Source: a virus (lineage: Duplodnaviria > Caudoviricetes). From it: DNA of 26,142 bases. Shown piece by piece: positions 9,180-21,100 of the stretch (position 1 is its first letter; every line of letters begins with the position of its first letter). The notes beneath the pieces were generated by a model, which did not search any database, was not told where the DNA came from, and saw nothing but the letters and a program-made list of their open reading frames with translations. The position numbers and the translations under genes are program-made. Where the stretch lies: IMG/VR virus record IMGVR_UViG_3300020247_000011, positions 1-26,142 of that record; one strand, 5' to 3'.

Positions 9180-12100
9180 ATGATCTCAGGCGAACTTGTG
9201 GAAGCAGTGAGACGTTTCCGCTAGTAGTGCGCGAGAATGGATATTCAACTGTGAATGTATTTGAGGTTGCAACGGTAATATTATAAGATCCGTCAAAACC
9301 TGTTCCACTAGTATGATCTAAGTATATGCTCATACCTGTCACTAGGTTATGTGCAGTACCTGTATTTACCGTACATACTGTACCTGAAGAACTGTATGTT
9401 CCTGTTTGTATAGTTATAGCAGAAGCTGTAGTTCCACCATATCCTCTACCACCTGTTGCAACCGTAAGAGTATTAGCAACCGTGTTCTTAGCACCATATA
9501 GAATTCTCTCTACAGTCCATAGAGTTCCATTCCAATAAGGAATTAAAATTTCACCCTCATCAGGGAAACCTATATTCTGACTGGTATTGAAGTATATATT
9601 CTTACAAGTCAGAGTTGTATCTACAGCAGAGATACTAGAAGCCAAATATGTTGTTCCAAGTGCGGTAGTATTTGAAACAATTCTGTTTCTTGACTTTCTC
9701 TCTACATGTACGGGATGCACAGCAAACACAGTTGGAGCAGTTAGGTATCCAGCACCACCTTTTATGTTAGTGACAGATAAAACTTTACCACTTCCTGATT
9801 CAATAGTGGTTTCTGCCATAGCACCTGTTCCACTACCTCCTTGGAAATAAAGTATTGGTGGAACTTCATAATTACTACCTTGATCCAAAATACTAACGGT
9901 ATCAACACTTCCATTACTAATGGTACATTCAAAGGTAGCTACACTTGGTCTAAGTCCAGTATATTCATAAGTATCAATTGAAGTTGCACTTGATACTGTT
10001 GCAAGTAAACGATCTTGCCCTTCACTCACAACCATAACTCTATCATTAGGATCAAGAGAGTTGAAAGTATTAGAAGTAAATACATCTTCTGCAGATCCAG
10101 TATAGATGTATAGATCACATGTTGATCCTGCTCTTGGAGCTTCAAAGAATTCAATAATCGATCCATTCAAGGCATATGCAACTCCAGGTTCCTGGAATAC
10201 ACCATTAAGGAAGATCATTAAGTTATTGGAAGCTTCAACAGCAGTGTTATCACTCTGTAAGGAGAATGGTTCATTCTGCAACTTCATAGTGAAGGTCTTC
10301 TTAGCATTATCAAAGAAAGGTGCAAGTGTATCAAGGATTGTCAATTTACCAAAGTAGAAACCGTAGAAGTCCATTCCACTGGTAGGTGCTTCAGTGAAAG
10401 TTATTTCACTTCCAGTATATGTGTATGCAGCAGTACTACCCTTAACCTGTAGAATACTATTCAAGAATATTAGGAAGTTATCAGATGCAGGTAATGCATA
10501 GTTACTACCAGCAACTTTAGCATTAAATATCTTATCAGTTCCATCAAATGCTACTGTACCAACCTCAACTTGGAATTCAGGTGATTCAGAAGCAGTTCTA
10601 GTAATTCCAGTCAAATTACCTGCTCCACCAGAAGTGGTTCCAACCGCTTGAGTAACAATTGCAGTTAAAGTAGTAATTGCAGATGCAACGTCAGTACAAT
10701 CATTAGTATCATAAGTTGTATTACCACTATCATTAGTGATAGTTAAATCTCTAAACTGTGCTCCTTCGGTATATGAGTTCGTTGTAACTAAGATGTTACG
10801 CATTACCTCACGAGCAATATCTCTAGCATGATTGAATACTAATACAGTTTGATCTTCTTCACCCTGTAAGTGAACTGTACCAACATAGTATTTCGCTGCA
10901 TCATAGGTAGCATCATTACCACCAAACTCAATATTATTAGCAATAGCTTCAGTAATTAACTTAGTATCACGAATACACTTGAAGAAGTTAGGAACAACGA
11001 ATGTGCTATTAGTAGCCATCATTCTTCCATAAGCAGTAGTTGCAATAAATTCTAAGTTATCGCGTATTAATCTACCAGCATCTGCAAGTCTGTCATATTC
11101 AAAACCACCAGATCGTACAAGAGACCTTGTGACACTATTTGCACTGGCACTTACAAACTCATGTGCAAAACTAGTCTTAACAGACCCAGGTTTAGCATTA
11201 ATGAACGTATGTGTGTGGTTACCACCTGACTTAATAGCATCAGTAGTTGCCTGAATAAAGGTGTGAGTATAGTTGCCACCTGCTATGACGGTTGTAGCAC
11301 CTGCTGATACAAAACTATGAGCGTACTGGTGAGTAATAGCAGCATCCCTATTGTTAGTATTAATCGTGATAACGCCAGTTTGCTTCTTGATGGCAGCGCG
11401 AGTAATAGAGTTACTAACTGCGGAGATAAACGTATGATCTGTTGTATTAGTTGACGGTACACTGTTTAGAACCTGTATATCGAAAGTGTTGGTTGTGACA
11501 TTATAGATCTTAACCCACTGACCGCTAATTGGGTCAGTAGCACGAGGATAATCATGGTTAGAAGTATGGAAGTCCTCATTACATGTGAATCTAAAGGCAC
11601 CATCATCAATCTTAATTTCTTCACCAGCAACAAATCCATGATCATTAATAGTTATAGTGAATACACCTGTGGTTGGATCGTATGCAGCAGCAGTAGGTGT
11701 TAACTTACCTTCTGGTACAAATGTATGTGTATGTTGTCCGTTAGGACCAGCAGCACCAACATTAATATCAAAGGTATCTGTAGTTACATTAGAAACTAAC
11801 AACCATTCATCATAATTAGGATCTTCTAAAGTTGGATAACTCTTAACTAATGTATTGCTATCCTTATTACATGTAAACTTCAATGATTTCTGATTAACTT
11901 TAACATAATCACCATTGGAGAATCCATGTGCAGCAACTGTTGCTGTTAGTACACCTGTACTAGGTACATATGTAGCATTTGATACAGCGTGAGATGCATA
12001 TGCAACACTCTTAATTGGAATTGGTCTGTCCCATGCCCAATCTTTCTTCTTCTTCATGCTGTTTGATACAGCAGACTGGAATGAATGAGCAGTTACGTTA

Positions 12101-15100
12101 GTAGAAGGAATAGAATCTAATACCTGAACCTTAAAGGTTGTACTATTAGCATCCCATATAGTTAACCATCTACCACTAGCAGGGTCACTGTTTCTAGGAT
12201 ACGCATGTGTGCCTCCACCATGGGTACAAGTGAACACTAAGGCACTATCATCAAATCTAACCTGATCACCGTTCACAAAGGCACCTGCACCACCACCATG
12301 AGTTATTTCAATAACACCTGTGGCAGTATCATACGCAGCACCTGTTGGAGTATATGAGACTGTATCAGTCCTAGGATAAGACTGGTTACTAACACCACCA
12401 TTATCACAACTCATTACGATACTACTGTCTGTTAACTTAATAGTATCGCCTAATCTCTGAATACAATTATCAGAAGCAGAAACAAATGTATGTGCTTGAC
12501 CTGTTGCACCTGTTGCAACGTAGAAATTCAATAGTATTGTATCATTTGTTACAGAAAGTACTTGTAACCATGATCTATATGCAGGATCAGTAGTTCTTGG
12601 ATAACTATGGTTTCCAGCACCAGCAGTACATGTAAATGTTAATGATTCCTTAGCAATCTGAACAAAGTCACCCTTAGATAATGTATGACCTTTGATTGTT
12701 AGTGTTGCTATACCTGTAGCAGGATCATAAGCAACATCAGTTGGAGTATATGTGTCATATCCACGGAACTTATGTCCACCAACGGTTAGATCAAGATCTC
12801 CATTGGCAAGATTGAGAGCAGCACCTGTTGGTTGATAGTTTACAGTAGGTGATGGTCCAACATTAACTGTAATTGTTGTACCAGTTGTAGCAGTAATATA
12901 TTGATTAGTTTTAGCAGCAGGATCTGTTGGTCTTGGATAGTTATGAATACTAGCACCTAAGCTAGTTAAGTTTCCACTAGTAAGAGTACCATCGTTCTCC
13001 ATATGACATCTGAACATCAAGGAGTTAACATCGATATTGATACTATTTCCAACTTCAAGACTATGAGATCCAATAGTTAACTGAAGATCTCCAGTTGTTG
13101 CAGTATAGGTTGCTGCAGTTGGTGTAAATGCAACTTGAGGTGATGAACCAACATCAACAGTAAATGTATCTGCAGTAACTGTTTCAACTCCAAGAACTTC
13201 CTTGGAAGATGGATCACCAGGAGCTGGGTATGAATGCCTACTAAAGTCATCATCCATATCACATGTAAATGTCAATGCGTCGTCATCAATGCTGACAAAG
13301 CTAGTTGCATAAAGAATACCATCTGCCAATCCAGATACCCATGTATGGGTAGTAGTATTACTACAAGGAGTATCATTCAAACATTGAATATCAAATGTAT
13401 CTGTAGATACTGCTCTGATTGTAATCCACTTACCGCTAATTGGATCTGTTGAACGTGGGTAAGCACCATTACCGCCACCACCGTGAGTACAACTCATGGT
13501 TATAGCACCATCCTTAAGTTTTACCTTATCTCCTGCTCTGAATCCATGTCCAACAACAGTTATTGTAACAATACCAGTGGTTGTATTAAATGTTGCACCA
13601 GTTGCAGTATGAGATGTAGCAGCAGTCAATCCATGGTTCTCAGAAGTCAGCGTTAATGCACCTGTAGTTGCGGTAAATGTAGCTGTAGTTGGAGTAAATG
13701 CTTTTTCTGCTGTCTGTCCAATATTAACCTTAAACGTGTTTGTTGATACTTCAAATACATTGAGCCAATTACCTGCAGCAGGGTCAGTTGATCTTGGATA
13801 TGTATGAGTAGTAGCATATGCATCACGAGAACACTTAAATGATAACCCACCAGTAGCGAACTGAACAAAGTCACCATTAGTAAGTCCATGAGCACTAGCC
13901 CAAACCTTCATTACACCAGTAGTAGCATCATAATCACAATATGTTGGTTGATACTGGTAGGTTGCTAATGAATCAAATGTATGTGTAGTAGTATTTGTAG
14001 CAGCAGTACCATTTAATGCATTAACAGTAAATGTAGTAGAAGATATAGCGTCAACTGGAACATTCTTACCAGAGATAGGATCTGTAGAACGAGGATATGA
14101 ATGAACACCACCACCATGAGTGCAAGTGAAGTTTATTGAGTTATTTGAGAACTTAACTGTAGATGTAGCAATACTTAAACCACCAGATACAGCAGATACG
14201 AATGTATGGGCATCTGTGTTTGTAGAAGGAATAGTATCCAGTACAGTTACATCAAATGTATTAGTTGTTATATTCGATACTTCTAACCATCTATCACTAG
14301 CATAGTCAGTATTACGTGGATAATCCTTTTGTGCAGCAGAACCCGAAGCACCACCGAATGCACAACTCAACTTAAGTGAACTATCAGCAAACTTGACTTG
14401 ATCACCTGCCTTTAATCCATGTGCCACTACAGTAACTGTCATAATACCTGTAGTAGGATTATATGCAGCATCTGTCACAGTTGTAGTTGTAGGAGCAGTT
14501 AAAGTATGTGATCCTACTGTTAACTCTAGTACACCTGTACTAGGAGTATATGCTGCAGCACTAGGAACATAACTGTTAGTTAATGGTTTGCCAATTGGGC
14601 TAATTCCTAAGATATCATCATTTGTATATCCGTTACCTGGATTACCTAATACTACATTCTTAACCTTACCATCAACAACTATTATGTCACCAGTAGCACC
14701 TACACCTGTTCCAATCTTATTGAACAGTGGAATATCAAGATATGTTCCGTCTGCATACCCTGTACCAGCAGTTAATCCATCAGGAGTGTTTCTAAGTGGA
14801 CTTAAGTTGGTATTTACCTGTACAGTGATAGTAGTAGCAGTTTCTGCTGAAATTGTTAATGTTGCACCATATGCTTCATCAGATGGTCTAGGGTAAGCAT
14901 GTGTACTTGCATGATTATCAGCAGCACAAGTAAACTTAAGGGATTCATTAGCAATTTGAATAGTATCACTAGTCGTATAACTATGAGACCCAATAGTTAA
15001 TTCTAAGAGTCCAGTAGCAGGAGTATAAGCAGCATTTGTTACATTCTTCTGAGTATTACTATCACTAACAACTGTTACTGCATTGGATACTGTACCACCA

Positions 15101-18100
15101 ACATAAGTGTGAGCAGCACTACCAGACATACCAGTATCTAAGGTCTTTAACTCATCTCCAATCTGATCTAATTGGAAACTAGAAGTATATGATGAACGAT
15201 CATAATACATCATCAAAGCACTAGAACCTGATTTAGGTGCAGTTGAAAATGTTATAACATCACTAGCAAAACTATAATTATTTGGATTCTGAACAATACC
15301 ATCAATTACAACTAAGAACTGAGATTTAACTGAAGTCTTACCAATTTCAGTAGTAATTGTCTTATTATCAACCCTTGTTGTAAATTGAGTATTAACTCCA
15401 TCAATCCCTACTGTGAATTTATTAATAGCAGCAGTAGATCCAACATTAACAGTAAATGTATCATTAGTAGTTGCTGTAATATCTAATATCTTTCCACCAT
15501 GTCCTATTGGATCTGTTGATCTTGGATATGTGTGGTTAGTTGCATTGTTATCCATTACACAAGTTAATGTCAATGCATCATCAGCAATAGCGATCTTATT
15601 AGCAGTAGTCAACCCATGTCCAGCACTATGAATTACTAAATTACCATCTGCAGGAGTATATACAACATTTGTTGGGTTAAAGAAACTTCCATTATTTGCT
15701 ACAATACCATCTGTCTTACAAGAAACAAATGTATGTGTACCTACACTAAGTGAGGATAGTACAGATGTACTACCTCCAAGAGAAGGTTTTAAGGATATTG
15801 TATTTGCATCAACAACATTAACGTAATATACAGTTCCTGTTATCAATCCACCAATATCACCTCTAAAGGTAACAGTTTGATTCTCAACTAGTCCATGTGC
15901 TGTTAATGTAATTCTATTATTAGATAGATCAACTACACCAGAAGATGTTCCATCAAAACTAATATCTCTAGTTGTTATATCATCAACCTTATATGATATA
16001 CAAGATAAGATCTTTTGAACATCTACTAACTGTCTACCAAATATTTGAACTTCAGTAGGAACAGATGCTGTATAATCTGGTTTACCAAGGGCAAAGTTAT
16101 TAATAGTTGCCATCTTACCAGTATTCTTAGCAGATGGTTTTGGTGTTACGTAAGTAAGACCATTAAAGGTACTATTAAGACTATTAGAACCAGAGACCCA
16201 CCAGTCTGTTGTACTAGTAGTACTTAAATTAACGTAGGGTTTAGCTCTATAGACTTTAGCAGCAGACTCTAATAAAACTTGAGTACCAACAACTTTAAAT
16301 CCTGCAGGGTGAGCAGCAAACTTAAGAGGATTCTTCCAATCTGAAATATTAATAGGTGATGATATCTCATATGAGAATTCTTGGAACCTATTACTATCAT
16401 ATAATCTCTGTTCATTAATATCTAAGAACCCAGTAGTACGTTCCCATTTTGAGGAAGATACACTAATTGGAGAAACTTCAAATACAGCACTAGCTCTTTC
16501 AAATGCATGAATTTGACCAAATGATGAAGATTCTTCACCAAATACAGGTTCACCAACTTTAAATTCACCTTCTTGGATTTCTATACTAACAACACGACCT
16601 GCAGGATCCCAATTCCTAACATAACCATACGCAGTATATGATGCTGTAGATGCACCTTGATAAACTCTTTCTCCAACTAAGAAAGTTGCAGGTTTCATAT
16701 ATGCAGTAATAGTATCTCCAAGATCTGTAGTAGATAACGTAAAGGTTGTTAATCCATTACCATCTCCAACTGGAGCAGATGTAAACACAATTGTTGTTGG
16801 AGTATTAGCAATTGCATTTGCTTCTGATGTTGCTAATTTAACTTGGTTATTTGCTAATCCATTAGTACCATTAGCAGCAACAACATAATAAGTTGTATTA
16901 ATTGCTAATGGAGCTGGGAATGTACCAACTACTTCATTTAGAGTTACTGCAGTACCTGTTGGGATCTTTGTATTGTATGGGAAGTTTAAAGTACTATTAG
17001 ATACTAATCCAACCCAATTATGAGTTACTTTTGCTTGGACTGTAGGAGCAGATAAGAATCCTCTACCCCCACTTCTAACTTCTACAGATTGAATAACTTC
17101 ATTCTGAACAATTGCTTCTAATTGATAAAGTGAACCACTTCCACCAACAAGAACAATTTCAGGTATTGAAACAAAGTTTGAACCACCATTTGTAACATCA
17201 AGATAATCAATAACTTGAGTTCTTGTTAATTGTAAATTATAAGTTGTATTTAACTCTGGTTTTAGAGTTCTATCATGACTATAGTTAAATGTAATATTAT
17301 CTCCACCAATCTTTAATATCTTACCTAAATCGGAAGATTTCAATAATACTGAAGCACCTTTTCCTGTTTTCTGTGTAATATTAACTACAGGAGCATTTTG
17401 GTATAATGTTCCTCCATTTTCAATATTAATAGCAGTAACACCTTCATTTACTATACTTGAATTGAATTTGGCATTAATTCCACTACCACCACTAACAAGA
17501 ACGTCAGGTGCTGATAGATAACCAGATCCAGTATTGGTAACTGTAATAGTATCAATAGATGCGTTTAAGATACATGTTGTGACTGCTGGATCAAGGTGTG
17601 TCAGTTTAGTAACTGTCACAGTAGCATCATGAGTAGTATCTGTACCTCCCATAGATGCACCAGAAATGGTGATAACATCACCTAGTCCATATGTACTACC
17701 ACCATCAGTAACAGCAACAGATTCAATAGTTCCTGCACCATTAACAACTACTGTAAATTTAACATCTGTTCCTCCAGTAGGAGCAACACTCTTTTGAGCA
17801 ACATTAGTATATGTGTTAGTTGTATAATTTGTACTAGACTGTGTAGTAAGTGATACTGTGTTTACTAGACCAAACGCAGGATCATCAAGAATAAGAGTTG
17901 GGGCAGATCTATAATTAGACCCACCTGCAATAATATTAACGATTTCCAATTTACCTACATTGGGACCAGAACTAGGTACACTACATGTTACAGCAGCATG
18001 AACTCCATCAACTGTTGTGATTTTACCTTCAGCATCCGAACTATAAACTTTACCCCTAGCATTATTAGCTGCATAGGTAGTCCACATGATATATCCTTTA

Positions 18101-21100
18101 TTTGCGGCACCACTTCTGGAATTATGAAGAGGTTGAATCCTCAATACAGAAGTTAAGGGATCCCAACTAATAACTTTACCTCTAGCAGTTTGATTGCCCA
18201 AAACCTGCTCAGATATGATAACTTCATCTTTAACGAAAGAACCACTTCCCAATACTTCAGTTAGAGTTAAATCTATGAAATCAGGTAATGATACAACACC
18301 AGTAGGAAGAGATGCTGGATTATAACCAGATCCCATGGCATCAATAGTAACACCAGATAAAGATCCAGAGATAGTTGCAATTGCAGTCGCACCAGATCCA
18401 GATCTACTTGATCCAGTTAATTTTGGAAGTGACTTATAGTTTCTTCCACTATCACCAATAGAAATGGTTCCAATACCGCCTTCTGGATATATTGAAGTTG
18501 TGTTGTATGTAATGCCAGAAGTATATCCACTTTCAGGTTCCTTTGAACAAATATAAGTGAAATTAAGATCAGTAGGAGTTACTACAAGATTTGTACCTGC
18601 TAAAGGCTCATTCATCACTGTAAGGTAACTACCAGCGATATTTCCTTGAATATCGAAATAATAGAAGATACCAGGAAGATCTGCCATCTTTATAGTAATA
18701 GATGTCTGCTGACCTGTTTGTGCGTTGGTTAATTCTTCAACAACGTTCTTATAAGTGAAAATATCGGTATTTGAAGGATCTAACGTAAATGCAAGTGTTT
18801 TTCCATCATTACTTGAATCTGAAGTGTCAAAAACATAAGAATGCCCATTAATCAACTCTAACTTAGGTTCTTGGATATAAACCTCAGCAGAAGTGACTGT
18901 AGCGGCAGCTGTAGCTCCATGATTGCGTTTTACGGTAAATCTACGAAGAGTTTCCGTTCTGATTACTTCATAATCAGTTTTATTGTATGCAGAAGGAGAA
19001 ACTCCTGAAATATTAACAGTATCGCCTATTGCAACCTGATGAGCAAGATTTGTATGACATACAGATTCTCTTAGAGTCTCAGTTAATGTAATACTGAAAC
19101 TAGACCCTCCACCGTTACCTAGGTTCTGATCAGTAGCAGAAATGGTATCACCAACATTATATGCAGTACCAAAGGATGTAATTGTAACTGTAGTGATTGC
19201 ACCACCAGCAACGACTATAGTTGCCTTTCCATCTCTACCACTATTATTAGTAGTCAATGGAACGTCATTATAAGTTCCATTTGCATATCCAGATCCACCA
19301 GTAATGGATGACCACCCACCTTGAACTAAATTACCGTCTGTACGGGTTCTTACGTAAGTCCAAGACAAAGTACCATCAGATACTGTTCCTGATAAGTGGG
19401 TAGGAGCATTTCCTGCACCAGAATCAGATGTACCAGCGGCAGCTGCCTTATAAACTCTATTTGCAACATAAACAAGATCATTCTTAGCATATGCAGTACT
19501 GTTTGCCCATCCAGCAATCAATTTCATGCTTACAAGATCAAAATACTCAAAATGGTACTTTGAACTTATAATTTTAGATTTAAGTGTCCTTGTATAAGAA
19601 TTATCACTAATTGCAATAGTAAGTTGATCACCACCGACCAAATAATGCTTAGATGCGGATGTAAGTGTTGCAGTGGCGACATCATCGTCATCTACAGCAA
19701 AATTAAGACTTGAAACGTCACTACCTACAACTGAAGATACAGTTGCACTAATTCCATCTCCACCAGCAGTAGTATTATCAAATATTAACCTATCATTGAC
19801 CTGATATCCAGTTCCACCACCTTCTACAAGATATTGATCAATTCCAGCAGATGAATATTGGTTAGTGGAGCTAACTGTTAGTGATTCTGCTGTTCCACCA
19901 CGAATTACTGGATAATAACTGAAATATCCAATACCATCCTCAACATATTGAAGAACCTCTCCAGTTTCAAGTGTAATAAGAGTTGTAGTGTCTTCTAGTG
20001 CTAATACGAAGTCAATTTTGTTATCAAGCTGTTTTCTCTTCGTAGTAATGTTATCAGTACCGATATATGGTGCTCTATAACGTGTAGCATCCTCAGTAAA
20101 GTTTTTCTGCAGACCATTTCCATCCCAGTTGACTTCACTCGCTTCTGAATAGAAATTTGGTCCTACAAAGTAAGGGAATTTTGGATTTCCGCTGATTCCA
20201 TCAATTGTACAGAAATATGCATAAACTCCACCTGGGAATTCTGGAGTTACACAATATCTGCCATTATATTGGTCTAAACCACCTAATCCCTCTACATATT
20301 CATAATCTTCAATAAAGGTGCCTAGAGGATCGCTTAGACCGCTTAGAAGAGCATCCCTAGTCGTCTTCAATCTATAGCTTGTTCCTGGTTGCTTGTATGA
20401 ATTATATGGTTGCTGGTTTTCGGGATCTTCAAACCCATAAGGTCCATATATGGGGTGTCCATCATAAGCCCACCCAAGAATAGGTGAGTGCTTAGTAGCA
20501 GTCAACTCTTTCCATGGTGGATTCAGTGGATCTGCGTCAGGTTCGATATTATCAGCTAAGTAATACCTAAGATTAGTGGGGTTATACAAATATCCATACT
20601 CTCCACCATATATTCCACTATTCTCTCCTTCCATAACTGCTCCACCAGCAGCATCAGTTACTTTCCTTGCATTGAAGGTTGGTTGACCAACTTCTGTAGC
20701 AGTTGCTGATTCATTATAAGTTAATTCTGTTAATTTGGTTGTAAATGATGCACCAGTTCCAGGATATACGATATCAATGCTTGTATTACCAACACTGTAT
20801 CCAATTCCCTTGTTTGTTATAACAATACCAGTAACAATGTTCTGAGATAGGTCTACTTGAGCATATGCAGTAGCACCAACTCCATCTCCAGTGATAACAA
20901 CGTCTGGAGCTCCATAATATCCACTACCACCGAAGGTTACAATGGCACTTTCAATTCTTCCATTCAAAATGGATGGATATCCAACAGCACCACTACCAGA
21001 GATCAACTTAATCGTTGGTTCGTAAGTATATTGACTTCCTGTATCAGAGATTGTTATATCCTTAAGAGGTCCACGTACAACAGCAGTTGCAGTCGCTCCT

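Noticed and set aside
11104-15735. Repeat region as a CRISPR array, DGR template/variable repeat or recent DNA duplication
   Set aside because: Similarity is at protein level. I saw only short DNA identities (e.g. GTTGATCTTGGATATGT near 13790 and 15520), no constant repeat-spacer period, no adenine-specific variant pair and no reverse transcriptase.
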